Below are positions 36,871 through 51,689 of a DNA stretch of 64,000 bases, piece by piece. This DNA comes from Podarcis bocagei (lineage: Eukaryota), in the NCBI GenBank assembly GCA_964188305.1, contig OZ076887.1. One strand, written 5' to 3'. Within the stretch, counting starts at the first letter, position 1, and each line of letters begins with the position of its first letter. Made by a program: the position numbers and the translations under genes. Below the pieces are notes generated by a model that was given only the letters and a program-made list of their open reading frames with translations, searched no databases and was not told the origin of the DNA.

Positions 36871-37182
36871 CAGGTATGGGGAAGCTTTGGCCCTCCAGAC
36901 ATTGCTGCAGAGGCAGATTTAGGGCAGTGGAGCCAATTCCGCCACACTGGCCACCGAGGCACTGTAGGGTGTTGCAACAATGACGTAATGAATTTAGCAG
37001 ATAGGAAGAGCAGAGGCAGGGAGCTCAAAATTTTGGGCTCACACAGGGCACTGCTGAGATATGAAAGACCAAAGTCTGCCCCTGGTTGCTAAAATAGTAC
37101 CATCATCCATGGCCATTGGCCATGTTTGCTGGAGCTGATGGGAGTTGTAGTTCAACAACATCTGGGGAGCCAAAGGTCCGCC
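36871..37182. mobile_element. hAT-type MITE interrupted by a second MITE (36908-37084)
   Basis: The outer element is flanked by CCCTACTG and CCCTACTC. The inner element has CAGAGGCAGATTT ... AAAGTCTGCCCCTG termini. Confidence 0.75.
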
Positions 37183-38721
37183 CCCTACTCTTCGTTTTGT
37201 CATTAATTTTTTGTTGCTATTCAATTTCATATAGAAGAGGACTTAAAAATGAAGACTGCCTATTCTGTCCAGAGTTTACATGAAGGGAAATGTATATAGC
37301 CTTCTCAATTAGCATATATAGAGCTAACGTAGAGAGCAAATGCCATGTGTTTTGCCAAATATGTTTTCTTGACGTGTGTGTATTGAAAACAATAGTCCTT
37401 TTTTTAATTGCTACTGCAGTGGGTACAGTACTCTGAAAATTATTTCTGAAACAGAAGTAGAGACGTTTTTGGAGAATAGGACTTCTCCATCAGTTCAAAA
37501 AATATTACTCCTGGGCCATTCAGATTCTATTGTCAGATACTGATGTTTTGTTTTGTATAGAGTATCTCTTTTTCACCAGCTTTTGCAAGGATCCATGCAA
37601 ATATAGTTTCACAGACAGCTATAAATAGTTATGGTGATGCCTGATTTGATGATAATTTGTTTATTCATTTTAATACTTTTTTTACCCCTTGTTTTGTTGT
37701 TTGCAGTTGTTTGTCCTTGATCCTGACTGCGTTTTTTGTACACAGTATTTTCAGTATTTATATTTTCAAATGTGGTTTTTTTTGTCCCTTTGAGCCTGTT
37801 TGAATTTCTGCAGAGGTTTTTGGTATAAGCAATAAAAGTCTGACCTGACCTGACCTGGAACTGTTATTTCCGCTGCTGCTAAAAGAACTAAAGGCAGCAG
37901 AGCTAGAAGCTTTAGGGCCTTTTACATTGGATGATCGACAGAGCTTCACCTTGTGATCAGGAGCTTTGCACAAAAAGGTATGTGGTGGGGAGCATGTAGG
38001 GAGCAGGCAAAAGATGACAAAAAGTTTCAAATTTTGTAAACTAAAGGCAATGAAACCATTTTTATATTTGTGCAATTATTATTCCATGAAATGACTGACT
38101 CGCATTTCAGGGAAAGGTTTCGTAAACAAAAATGTCTCCGATAGACATTTATCACAGACCATGCCAATGGTCATTTACTAAATATTAAAATGCTAGGCAC
38201 TTCTCTAATTTCAGTTAGTATCTACTTCCAGAGGGCTGGAACTGCAACATTAAAAGCTCAGTTTCTAGTACATACTAAGTGCCCCTGTGCAGCATGTCCC
38301 ATCTGAGGCGCGCAGTTGCTAGGCAGATACATGCAGCACAAGGCAGCCCTTAGGTAACTTTCTCCCAACTTATTTAGGGTTTCAAATGATGAAAGCAAAA
38401 CCCTGAACCGTGCCTATTGTTAGCCATTGCAGCTCCCTCAGCATCTCTGGAGATGGAAGTGGAGTCACACTTAAATGGGAAGAGGTGCTGGAAGCAGCTC
38501 CATAGCAGGAGGTGTTGAGGTAGGGGTGTTTGATATCATGGAATGGGATGCTCCTGCTCAGTCCGTCCCCCCGGATCCATATCTCTATGCCCCAAACTGC
38601 TGGACCCCTGCACTTATTATGGTCCTGATTGCACCTCCCCCATCCCATCAGAGCTCTCCAAGCTCCTCTGAATCCTCAGGATCCATCCATCTCCTCCATG
38701 ACCTCTCCTTGGGGCTCATGA

Positions 38722-38830
38722 CAGCTTTCATCTTGCCTGGATTTAAATTCATCTTATTGGCCCTAATCCAGCCCACTATTGTGTTCAGACACTGGTCAGG
38801 AACCTGTATTGTCACAACTGATTCAGATGT
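38722..38830 (-). mobile_element. L2 LINE reverse transcriptase relic
   Basis: DQCLNTIVGWIRANKMNLNPGKMKAV resembles L2 CLxAVMxWMRANKLKLNPDKTEV. Confidence 0.78.
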
Positions 38831-41800
38831 TAAAATAGAGCTGTGAGTCATCGACCCATGTTATGTATGAAGCTAAACTTTCACTATATTCTGCTGTATT
38901 TCTAGAAGTGGCTCTTAAGTTGTGCAAAAGCTCAAATATAATGTGAAAATTAATAATTAGGGAAACTCCAGGAAATGGAATAAACTGATGTGTGAATGCA
39001 ACTAAAATAACATCCAGCTGCCAGCTGGCTTCTGTGTGTGGAAGGGGAACCCACGTGTTGGGTTGGCCCTTGGAATTCTAAACCCTGTTCTTCAGAGCAA
39101 AATATGGGTGAATTGGCCTCGGAAGCAAGCAGCATGAAGAGGAAGAAGAGGAGCAGGTCAGCCCATAGACAGGCAGCAGCCGGAGCACCTTGTCTCAGGC
39201 AGTGAAATATCTTGCACTGGTTCTGAGAGAAGAGGTGGAAAAGCACCGTTATGCATTTGGACTTCTCTGGATTCAACAGTGTGTCTCCAAAAGCCAAGTG
39301 TGGTGATTGAAAATGCTCTTTCTGGACCTATCAAAGCTACTTCTTGAAGCGCAGTTCATTTTCTTGGTCTTTTGATCAAGCTTGCATTTCCAGTTCAGTG
39401 ACTGAAGAGCTTACAATTTTCTGAACTGCATCGGCGTATTACCCAGGGGCTGTATTTTTCCCTCTCAGTGTTATCTCAGAAATGGAAATTAGTTCCAATT
39501 AGGGAGGCATCTGCCACAAGATTATTATAGGGTGTTTCTGAGTCCTCTCACAAACTATTAGGGATCTCTTTGGATCTCTGCATTGCACCAGATCCAGAAC
39601 TATGAATGATTTAAACTATTGTTTTGGATTTAGGAATAAAATTCATTGCAGGGCCAGTCTGCATGAATTCCACGGCAGTTTTCAATGTGGACTCACTGCC
39701 TTTGTGAGGATTATTGCTGTCATATGATATTCTCAAAATCAAACTAACTGTGGCATCTGTACTTCTATCATTCTATTATTTATGGAGCACATTTATAGCC
39801 TGCCCTTCATCATACTAGATGCCAGAGTAGAGTACAGTACACAAGTTAGAACAGACAAATTACATAAAATTAACTATCAGTACATATCTCTAGACACCAG
39901 GCAACAACATTCTTCTTCTCCCAGGCCTTTGGCTAATTAAACAATCAATGGTCTTTTAAACTATGAGGGGTAGTATTATTTTGATTGTTACTATGTTATG
40001 TATTTTGGGGTTTTAATGTAAACCATCCTGTGATCTACGGATGAAGGAGAGTTAATTTAAGGAGAGGAAATTTAATAAATAATAACAAAAACAAAAGTGA
40101 TCAAAACTATAAATCAACAAATTAGAATACACAAATGACATAAAGTAAAGCAACAAAATATATTGGGTGAAACTGAAGTCTGCAATCACATTACTTCATT
40201 GCACATCAGGAAGGCAATGGTTCACAGACCGTAAAACAATATGTATTGGAAGCAGAAAATTCAGATTCTAATGTCTCCCTTACAACTGATGTTAGAGTTT
40301 CAGACTCAGATCTTATCTTAACTTTTCGCAGAGCCGTTGCAAAAAGAGCCAACCTGATGTCACAAAAATTTGGGACCAGATTTGCTTCACTGATGCATTA
40401 CAACGCACCAACGCCACTCCAAGCACTTCTTCTTATGCACATAAAGGCAGTCTTGCAACATGAAACAGAAAACCGAGAAGCTGATCAAGATGAGGCTCGA
40501 AATGGGTATTGCTGGGACTTGTGGAAGTTCCTAGTAGTAAATTACAAACCTTGGCTTCTTCACCTGGATTTATGACACCTAGATAGCATCAAATCCAGCA
40601 CTCGCTTATGAAGGAAGGAGCAGCAATGTACAAAGACATGCAGGCATTCAAAGTTTCAGAGTGGAGCTGAGTAAAACCTTTCAGGGCCTTGTGTTTTTTC
40701 AAAAGCCAATGAAAACAGACTTCACGCCTCACTCTTCCCCTCCCCCACCTTTCCACGTTGCCAGTGAAACAGCAGCCCAGCAACTCAACTTTTCTCATAG
40801 CATTTCCTCTTCCTTCAGGAAAACAACAACAACCTTGTTTTATTGTTGCTCAGCCTTTGGGGGCTTTTTTGAAATATGGTCACAACCTAAGTGCGTTTAT
40901 GAAATCGAGCTGCAACGGTTGAGAGACCTGCCTCTAAATGGGTTTCTATTGAGAGCGTCTCTCTGCAGAGCACCATAATCCAATGTGTGGGGAACAGGTT
41001 ATCTGAACTGGTCAGGCGGTGGATCTGCTTTGCTTTCGCCCTCCACCCTATTTCCTGTTACAAAGTCAGGAAACCATTACCATTAAGCAAAAGCTACAAA
41101 TATAATTTCCTTCATACTAAATGAGCTGTTTTATGACTAAGGTTAGGAGAAGGTTGTACTCCAGTAGTACATAAAGGCCTCATTAGGAGACATAAATAAT
41201 TATCACCACCACTTTGAGGGGGGAAATGCCTGGTTAATGTGTGTGCAGCAGCATGAGGTAGTCGAATCCTGAGGTGGTGGAATGAACTCCCTTAAGGCAC
41301 CACAAAGGCTTTTAATGTCCCCAAATGTAAATTGGCCCCTACAAGAATAAAACTAGAGAGGCAGGTTTCTAGCCCTCCCTTTTGTTCCAGTTGAAGGTAA
41401 TTTTTTTAATATATCATTCCAGTTTTCAGGGAGTTTTTATAGTAGGGAAGCATTGAAAATGTAATGCCCACCTGCAGACTGAAGTAACAGAGTTCAGTTT
41501 ACTACCTCAGGACTGCATCACTTCACTCAGATACATATGCAGACCACCAGGCCTTAGCATTGAGGCACAAAAGGCTCAGTTTGCTTATCCAATGTTTTAA
41601 AATGTACAAACCAAATGCAAGCAGGGTGGCCCCAAAAAATAAAATGAAAGGGGATGAAAGAGGATACTGGTTTGCAGAAAACTGGCATGTGGTGATTTGT
41701 GGGTACAGATGCCAATTTAGGTATGATTATTATAATTAAAATAGAAATGCAATCCGTCTCACTTTAATGGGAAAAGCTGTGACCAGTGTGTCTGCTGCAA

Positions 41801-42724
41801 CGCCAAAACCCAACCTTTCTCTTCTGGTATTTTATCAATAAACCGGACTTGGACCAGACAGCCCTTTGAGCAGAGGACCCCTTGAAACAGAGGACTGTCC
41901 TCTGACAGCCCTCCAGAACAGAGGAGTGCCTTCTGTAAAATATGATAGCTGGCTACCTAAAAATACAACTGTACATTCTGAACCCTGTGCAGGGCAGGAG
42001 GAGGCTGCTTTGCACTTTGTCACCAATATAACTTTTGATCCATAGCCTTTGTAACTCTGTAGTCAAGGTGCTCGTCAACGTTCATGAGAGCTAGAGTTGT
42101 AACAAGCAGAGAAAAGAGAAGAAAAATCTGAATCACATACCTTGAAATTAAAGCTGCACCTTACTTGCCTTACTAACTTCCTCTGAAGCATGTTTGGTTG
42201 TAATGCTTTTGGCAGGAAACTGTGGTGTTTTTCTGGTACAAATTGTGAGAACACATATCAAAAGAGCAAAACCACATGCTGCCGTTTGCAGGAGCAAGTC
42301 AGCACTGAGCTGTGAAAAACATCTGTGTCTCCACTTTGTTTGCACTTCACAAAACCTAAAAGGGCACACACAAAAAGAGACCACTGATATTACAACCTGC
42401 TGTCAGGTGGGTGAAAATTTGCACTGTTAATGGTCATCTACTCGGGAGGATTAGCACTTACACTAATCTCTAGGAGATCTACTTATGAAAGTCATCATAT
42501 ACTTACTGAGTGCTGTTAAGTACTGAGTGTAAATAACCTGTCTTATCTGAGAATTTCCATGTTTGCTGGAAGAGACACTGCATTTTAAATAAAATGTTAG
42601 GATATCTATCCTACATCAGTTTTGCAGAGCCAGATAAGTCGCTGACCTTTAGAAGACTTGGTCAAGCCACAATCTTCAAACTAAAGTGTGACTTCACATA
42701 GTACAGTATTTTAAAAGGTATTTC

Positions 42725-42873
42725 CACTGCTTTTTTCTGGAAAAAAATGTTTAGGGGTACACTCATTATCCTACTCATATTGAAATACCACCCCTCAATG
42801 AAGCCAAACTTAGATTCACAAAATGTTTAGGGGTATGCATCCCCCTGCATCCCCGCAGAAAGGGGGAAGGCTG
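42725..42873. mobile_element. Decayed hAT-like MITE; partial inverted copy at about 27447-27502
   Basis: The block TCACAAAATGTTTAG(G/T)GGTATGC is shared between the two sites; degenerate CA(G/C)TG termini. Confidence 0.55.
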
Positions 42874-43213
42874 TGACCCGTGTGTCTGCTGGATATTTGT
42901 ACATAGTATGTCCCAGGAAGGAACACATTTAAATGGAAGAGACATGTCTGCAGTTGCCTGACCTGTGGTTGGCTGTGTGCCTCCAGACACCGATTGGGAA
43001 AGACAGTGGTCATAACTCTATTCTGTATCCTTGGAAGTGGCCCAAGCCACATAGCTTTCTTCTGTGATTCACAACATTCTTGCAGACCTGTGCTTTCTGT
43101 TTATTTAAGCAATTTTCATAGGAACACAGGAATCTGCTAAATGAGGCTATTAATTTAGCTCTCCAGGTTTTCAGACCGGTGCCTTTCCTAGTCCTACTGG
43201 GAGATGGCAGGAC

Positions 43214-43362
43214 TAAGAATATAAGAAGAGCCCTGATGAATCTGACCAAAGGCCCACCTAGTCCAGACATCCTGTTCTCAGTGACCCACCAGACACCTAT
43301 GGGAAGCCCATAAGCAGAATATGAGTGTAGCAGCAACCCCCAACAACTGGCATTCAGAGGCA
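43214..43362 (-). mobile_element. CR1 LINE 3' end; another at about 54995-55100(+)
   Basis: TAAGAATATAAGAAGAGCCCTG...ACCAAAGGCCCACCTAGTCCAG is the reverse of a CR1-type terminal stem and repeat. Confidence 0.75.
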
Positions 43363-46300
43363 CCAACACGAGAGGGGGTGCACAACCTCCTTGTACACTA
43401 GTAGTGCGGAGAGAGGGCGGTAAATTGCAGTTCCACTCCATGTGGAATTCCACCCAGCTGATATGTAGAGGGTCTCATCACTTGGCCATTAAACAGGCAT
43501 AACAGATGGAGTTTTCTTCTCCTAAGGCAGGCATGGGGAACCTTTTCAATGAGCGCATTTGACCAACAGCTGTGCCTTTTAACCATTGCACAGTAGGCCA
43601 CATTCCAGTTATGCAACAGGCAGAGGTTTCTACACACACACCTTCTGTCCAGACAAGCAAGAGGCATCGCAGTTGAAAGACACATCCCAGCCAGGTAAAA
43701 GCACCTGACCAGAGTGCAGAGCAGAGCTGGGGAAGAGGAGTGATCTGGGCAGAGTCCCAGACAGGACCAGGAAAGAGACCCCTGCCTAGCTGAAACCCTG
43801 GAGGGCTGTTCCAGTCAGTGCTGACCTAGATGGACCAACGGTCTGACTCAATATAAGGCAGCTTCCTATGTAATAATGGTAACAATAATATGCACACATA
43901 AGTTTTGGAAGATATGTAGAAGCATTCAAATACACCCAGAGTATACTAAGCTAGAAAACCCAAATTCCCGTTCCAGGAAGTTAGTAAGCAATAGGCAACA
44001 GATAGACAGAATGGATTTTAGAAAAGGTGATGAGGTCACTGAAAAGTAAACACTGATTTCAATAGGATACTATACCTTGCTTGACTTCCACGAGACACAT
44101 ACCTTTACCCATTACAGAGTGGGGAGCCCCAATGAACTTTCCAGGTAGTGTAAAGGACCAAAGAGACACTCTTATAGCTGAGGGACACACCACATTTACA
44201 CACCCTTTCCAAAGACTGTGCTGTACATTCTGTTTCCTGCCTCCACATAATAATTTGTACAAACAGATGCTCACCGTGGATTGATTTAATAGGTCCTAAT
44301 TGTACAGATAGCACCTCAGATGCTTAGAAAGCCACCCTAGTTCCATTATGTTAATAATGGAATTGTGCAACATGACCCTTTGAATAACGGAAAACACTTG
44401 GATTCCCATTCTGTGCAGAACAAGGCACGCCTAAGCCCACTGTAACCAACAATCTAATAGTTTAGGATTGTGGCCTAGGAATCCAAAGCACTCTAGAGGC
44501 TTAAAAAAGAAATATTTAAACCCATGCAAAAAAGTGTCAACATCACACTCTGCTCACATTCACATTTTCCATAGTGAGGAAAGGAAACTAGGTAGGGCAG
44601 GGTTGGACCTGGCCCACAGCACAGATGGAACACAGAATGCAATTCTATCCAGCACATTGCTGACAATTTGTTTGCGGAATCCTGTGTATAACATTGTATA
44701 AATTATCAGAGAATAGATAGTTCCTCTGGATGATGAGTGTTAAAGTAAAATAAATATAATTTTGTCCAGGAGGTAATATTACCTCTGGGACACGTCAGGA
44801 CTTCATGGCCACCATGACAACCATACAGCTATCCTAAGATGCCATTGGCCTGATGTGTGATGTGGCACCCTGGTTTTCTTGACTAGGCAGGAATAAATGT
44901 GATCTGAAAGTGGAGGATATTAACATCAGTCCCTTGTCATGGTCAAATCACCTCCTGTTGAATTTTAGGCTTTCAGCAGTTTTCCCCCCTTTGCAGAAGC
45001 AGGGGACCTATTAAGGTGGTCCACTCTCAGAGGCTGATGGATTCAACTGGTTTCCAGATGAATAGATATTTCAGCTAATATGACTGGCACTTCTGTTGAA
45101 ACTCTGGCCAATGTGTGGAAGATACAGTCCAGGCTCCCTTGGATGAAACCAATTTTCTAGATCCATTTCAACTGGGGTTCTGAGAATGTAGAATACATTG
45201 CTGCAAATATATATATATTAAAAATTCAGAAATATAGGAAAATAAATAGGAACCATCCTAGGAACCAGTAACACATCATAAGTTACAGCACAAAGGGAAC
45301 TTCATAAGCAACTTAGTAGTTTCCACTATCTAGGAACATATGATGTTCAGACTATTCAACACTATTTTCATCACTCTCTGAATAGCACCAACATTCTTGT
45401 CATCAGTGATGGGATTTTCTATTCAACCACACCTATTTATTATCTGTATAGCAACTAATGCAAATGTGGCAAGAACAGAAAGGAATTGGGCATTAACTTC
45501 TCTGCCAATTATATTTCGTGCTGCCTTATTTTGTTCCAGTTGCATCTTATTGAACAAAAAGGAAGGAATGCCAATACACTGTTGATAACCAATTGTTTAA
45601 AGTGCTATGCCCAGTTTTTATGGTGAGTATTTAAGTTGCGTATGGGAAATGAAAATCAATAGCTGAGCAATGAGGCACGCAGGTTGGAGAGATGTGAGTG
45701 GAAATAGAGTATTGGTGTTAAGCAGTACTAACAGGGCTTATAATTTATGGTTGAATTTTGTTTTCTTTCTTTTGGAATCAGAAAAATAAGTTGGCACATT
45801 TTCAGCCCCTTTATTTGTCATTTGGTATTTAAGACAAATATATAGGGACTGCATAAACAACCCCAGCTTTTTATTAAAAACGCCACAATTTGTTTTTCCA
45901 TTCTTGAACCTGGGAACTTCTGCACGTAAAGCAGGTGCTCTGCTACTGAGCTATGGCCCCAACCCCTACGTCCAGTGGGGCTTACTCCTTGTAGGATTCA
46001 GTATTAAAATATGCTTACATTGGCCAATGCATCTGACCACCTTTACAGGGCTGCTTGAGTAGAAACCATCTGCTGTGGGGATTGTGGAAACTATTCCATT
46101 TCCCCTAGAGAAACAGTTGTGGAGGCTGGGCAGTAGGATCAATGGGTTTATAGGCTAATCCAGTTTAGCAAATCCTGTGAAATGCTGCATTCATGGGTGT
46201 GTGTGGGGGGTGTGGGTGTGTGGGTGTGAATAATAAAAGAAACCTCTTCTGAATATCACTGAGGAGACCACTAGTGATAGATCCACTGGAGAGTCAAACA

Positions 46301-49300
46301 ATTAAAATGCAGAGGTTTCGGGATGCATGTAACCAAACAACCTACATATTAAGAATGAGCAGAAAAGGCAAAAGCAAACAAAATGGAGTAAGTGGAGGGG
46401 TGGGGTGAAGTGGGTGCAGGAGGGAGACAATCCCTCCATAAGCCACTGCCACAACAAACAATATACATATCCCCAAAGATGCATACTAAAGAGAAAGGAA
46501 CAATACTTTTCTTCCATTGCAAAGACTGTCCTTGAGCCCAGCTCCCCATGGGGTGACTTAGAAGCTTTTGAAAGGGAGTTTAAAAAAAATGAGTGGGGAA
46601 ATAGGTTTCATTTGAATATCTATTTAAAAAACTGTATTGAAGTCAGTTTATAGACAGCCCCATAAAGCTGTCTGTCAAGCGGCGACCCAATCTGGGTGAG
46701 AAATCTGTTCAATTAAAAAGGAAAGATCACTCCAGATGGAATTGGCTGGATGAACGGCCAGCTACTCAGAGATAGGATTCTCTCTTTGAAGGGGAGATAC
46801 CAGGAGCGCAACAAAAATGTATAAAAATGCAAGTGTCAATAATTTCTGGGTTATTTTGTTTGGGTTTTGTCTGAAGTCATGACAGGTTTCTCAGCCACCT
46901 GAGCCTCATTATTCTCAGGAGAAGGAATGGCCCTCAACACACCAGCCTCTACAAGAAAGAGGCCTGACTGGCTAATTTGATATTTCTCCACCATTAATAT
47001 TAATCTTTTCACTCAAGTGACACCAAATGCGACCTGTCAGATTTACCTCCTGTGCTGCTTTCTGTTTTGGTTTGAGAAAGTCAGGCTGATATGGCAGCTT
47101 TAGCTGATGCAATTCGCAGATCATTGCCATTCAGAAGCAGCTTTTGTGTAATGAGATTGGAAAGTCAAGCCATCTAGCCTTAGCCTCTGCAGAGGGCTAC
47201 TGATTTCCTAGAGAACCTGAGTTGGTATCAGCCTTCAGTTGTTGTTTTTTTGTCAGCCAATTCTATAAGAATACAAATTTAAAAGGTAATGAAATGGGAT
47301 TCAAAATTTAAAGGACAGTAAAAGGAGTGGCACATGTTCATCTCCCAAGATGGAGCCAGAATGAAACCATTTCAGTACGAATTCATTATCCAAAATGAAG
47401 TTGTCACACAAATAGTAGAGAAATGCATCTGGATTGCGAAACCAAAGACTAATATGAGGAGACATTCAGCACGTCTGGTCTTCCAGTTGCTGTTGGACAT
47501 TCCCCGACCACCTACCTTGTTGTGAGACTGATGGGATAACATCTGAATAGTCACAAGTCCCTCAACTCAGGCTTAGGAAACACACCTGTCAGGAAGCCCA
47601 ACCAGGAGGTTTTTCTCAGAAAAACAACAGGGACAACTGGACAAGATACAACTAAGTCAAGTGCCACCTAGTGACTAAATTATATAATGACAGACACCTT
47701 GATTACAAATAGATTTTTGTACATATAGCTGTTCAGGATGCATGACAGCAGAAAATAGCTTTTCATATGGGCCTTGACAGGTTTCTACAAGAACATACAA
47801 TATTTTGCAACTGATCAAGCAGGACTATTACAGGAACCCAATGCATGCTTCCTCGGAAGTAAGGCTTTGCCTAAAGCAGCTTCCTACCTAATTACAGCAA
47901 TCTGATTAGGATTACAGCTCTACAGAATGACCCCATTTAGTTGAGTATGGTTGCATTACCTGGGAGTAAGCCCATGGAACTCAGTGGGGCTTCTGAGAAG
48001 ACATATATAGGACTGCACTGTAAGGCAAGCCAGCACCTATTTGGATACAAAGCAGGATTTACTTTGAAGTAAACATTTATAGGAGGATTAAGATGGCCAG
48101 TTCCACTAGGATGCAAGATATATTTCTATATCCAGCAGACGTAGCTTAAGGGGAAAGCTCTTGGCTGTTGCAGCTGGAGAAAAAAATACTGACATTGCTA
48201 GGTAACTAAAAGTGATACATCTCTGGTGCTTTCTATAAACACATGCTCACCACGCGCAGATATTTGTGTGTGTGTGTGTAGCATTTTGATATTTATCTAG
48301 TGTAAATCTGATACACACACACAATATTACATTCTTACTAAACATTGCTTCATATTGCTTAAAAACCCCCAATCCTGAATCAACAATTCAAGGAGGCGAA
48401 TGTGTGTTTCCTGTACATATAGTACATGCTAAAACCAGTGAAGGGCAAAACTAAAATGAAAGAGAATGACTGAATCGCCAAGAGTAATAGGAGAATATCA
48501 AGGCTTGGGAAGATGACATAAGGCAGGAAGGCAGGAAAAGGTTGTGCGGTTACTACCCGCATGCAAATCAATCCCTTTGTCAATGTCTGCAGCACATCTC
48601 TTTGAAGGATGAGTCACTGATTGAGTCATAGGTAAGTATACTTAATTGATTTGATAAGGGTGAGTGGGTGGGAAATGGAACTGGGGGATTATCTTTATAT
48701 TTTGTACAGTTTATGACTAGCTAGCAAAGAGTTCCAGCTCCAGGTGAGTCATTTGCTGCAGAGAAGCAGACTGAATTCAACATTCAGACTAAAAAAATAA
48801 TAATCTAAGAACAATAATGGGGATTTGCAAAATTATAAAATTGCCAATTTTGAAAAAAAATGCCAAGAAAGAGAGAGATTTGGAGCTGTATAAGCTTTAT
48901 CTAAAGTCCTTCTGCAATATATTGGCATGAAGAAGTCATATGCACACACGGGGGGGGGGGCAGGAGAAGGCGAGGGAAAGAAATATTTATCAGGGGTGTG
49001 TGACTGCAAATTGATGAACTGGGGTCTTGATTCTGAATTTCAACACGTAACAGGAATGTTGAAAGCACTGCTGGAATAACCATGAAATAGGATAGCCCTT
49101 GAAGTAGTTCTGTGGCAAAATCTGAAGTTATATTACAATTGAAAGTAGTTGACTTGTATTATAGCAGGATATATGATATATACATTTATGGAATTTAAGG
49201 CAGCAATATACTTACCTAGGAATGAGTCACACTGAATTAAGTGTGGCTTACTTCCAACTAGATATGTATAGGATCACACTGTAAGTTTACATATGAAAAA

Positions 49301-50271
49301 GCTACATTGAATTCCAAATAATACCCTAAAGATGCAGCAACTGTGAAGTAAATTAAGCAATCTTTCATCCTTAACTATGGACTTAAGAGCTTTGATTTCA
49401 GCTAGTACTGGATACATTAATATAGTTAATCATTAGATTAATCAAAGATAGCTTTAATTGCAGATTAATACTTGCCATTAATTGCATGTTGGAACAGAAA
49501 ACAAAGAAAACTCAGTTTTTCTGAGAGGCATGCCATGCGTACATGTCACAGAGGCCCTGGAACCTGCATCAAATTTGACTTTTAAACAATTCCCTCTCCC
49601 AGTTTGTTTGTTCAAAAATGAGGTGTTATTCCCTACCCGCTCCCAATGGCAAAATTAGGGCTTTTCTATTAATAATTTGAAGAACAACAGGCTACTGAAA
49701 TAGACAATGCTCAGCTGAGGTATATGTACAACGTATACCCAAATATTCCACAGGACAAAAGGGTCTTGAACTTCTTGCTTCTCATTCTATTGTGATGTGG
49801 AATAAATAATATTTCCTATGACATTGAAGCAATTTTGATTCCCAGTCTATTGCGATACCAAGTGGGGAATATTATTTATTTCAAAATTGAGAAAGAAAAT
49901 CTTAAAGAGGAGCAGTTGGATTTTATTTGTCAGGCTGTAAATTATTGGCCAAGGTTGCAGGTTTGATCTCCGTAAGGGACAGCTGAATATTCCTACATTG
50001 CAGGGGGTTGAAACAGATCATCCTCAGAGTCCCGTCCAACTATATGATTCTATGATTCATATACTTGGGGCTGGTTCATGCCAATACAGTGGGTATATGT
50101 ATTGGATCTGAATGGATTTTCATGGAGTTTGACGGGACCCCCAAGGGAGCTTCCCTTAACTTGCTTCCCCCCCCAAATATTTTATTGTTTTTTTCACAAA
50201 CATAAATAAAACTTGATCTTTTATAATCATCATATTATATCATCTTATTTACACTGTGTGAGTTCACGCCC

Positions 50272-50510
50272 AGTGGTTAAGAGCAGTAGACTCGTAATCT
50301 GGGGAACCGGGTTCGCGTCTCCGCTGCTCCACGTGCAGCTGCTGGGGAACCTTGGGCCAGTCACACTTCTTTGAAGTCTCTCAGCCCCACTCACCTCACA
50401 GAGTGTTTGTTGTGGGGGAGGAAGGGAAAGGAGAATGTTAGCCGCTTTGAGACTCCTGAAGGGGAGTGAAAGGCGGGATATCAAATCCAAACTCTTCTTC
50501 TTCTTCTTCC
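50272..50510 (+). mobile_element. Squam3-type tRNA-derived CORE SINE
   Basis: AGTGGTTAAGAGC (A box), GGTTCGCGTCTCC (B-box-like) and a (CTT)n tail. Confidence 0.85.
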
Positions 50511-51689
50511 TTCCCTGCTTCGGTTTTATTAATTTATATCTTCTCTTCCTTAACTTGCTGATACTTCTTCCTTGGGTGCAGATGGTGTTGTTTTAGCTAC
50601 ATAAGGATCAGCACCCAGAGAACTGAGTTTGTTGTTGCTTTGAGTGGATAGAGCAATGGATAGAGCAGCCTGTGAAGCCAACATCAAAAATCAAAGACAA
50701 GCCTTCTGCATGCAAGTGATTTCTCTTGATCGGAACCTAATGGGTTAATAACTGCATGTTGAAAAACCTTGAGGTGGCTAGAATGCTGGGCAGCTGCAGA
50801 CATGCTCCACCAGAGGCATTAAAGCTTAGTACTTCCTTAAGATGCACAATAGACGATGCACACTATAAATCAACCTGCACTTATTATGTCAGCTCAGGTT
50901 TGATTCTGCTTTTCGGTTTGTATTGGGGAAAACCGAGATCTATCTGGAAGAAGACTATTTACTAACCTCCTGCCAGAGGCACTAAGGAGATACTTACTTA
51001 TGAAAAGAAGTGATTTTGCTTTCGCTTGGGTGAACATCAGCACAATGGTATTCTGCTTGCTAAAGGCTTTTAGTTTAAAAATACCTAAAGCAAAAATGGT
51101 AGAAAAGTGAGTGGTCTAGAAAGGGTCAATTTAACACAAAGGGCCTTTCTCCAGAAATGTAGAGATTAACATCATGCCAGAAGCAAAGTTCAAATATATT
51201 ACTGTTGCTTGAATGGTGCTTTGGCTGCAGTTTCCTTCTCTGAGTCACAATTTCCAGCAACTTTATCAAACTATAGTTCCCAGGATTCTTTGGGGAAAGC
51301 CATGTGCTATAATGTGCACTGTATGTGCATTAAATATTTGTTGTAGATCTGCCCAGTATTAGTTGTGGTTCGCTTTCTGAATCTATGAGACTTCCCAACT
51401 TACTTGTCTATTTTTATTTTTCACACAGAGAGACACCTAGGTGACATTACCTCCAGCCATACTGGGGGCAGGGTGATGGTGAAGAAAAACATTCCCTCTT
51501 TTCAACAAGGCTTGTTCTTCTGTATGTTTGGTTACTGTATCTTTAGCAATACCTTTCACCGGTTTTTCCAGGAAATAGGTTAAGCTAGCCAGCCTGAAAT
51601 TCTAGAACTCTGCTGGATCAAGTTATGGGCAAGTTATGGACAAGTTACATATTTTTGTTAGAAGATTAACTATTTCACAATTCCTACCC

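Noticed and set aside
37619-37628. Perfect MEF2 site CTATAAATAG
   Set aside because: A single AT-rich 10-mer is expected by chance in 64 kb, and there is no supporting cluster.
38450-38723. Possible solo LTR beginning TGTCATGA on the minus strand
   Set aside because: I could not identify a matching CA end, TSD or second copy, so it is not supportable.
40246-40575. 109-aa ORF with protein-like composition and a nearby ZNF143-like motif
   Set aside because: It starts at a non-ATG codon and has no recognisable homology or convincing splice context. A BLASTP or PhyloCSF hit would be needed.
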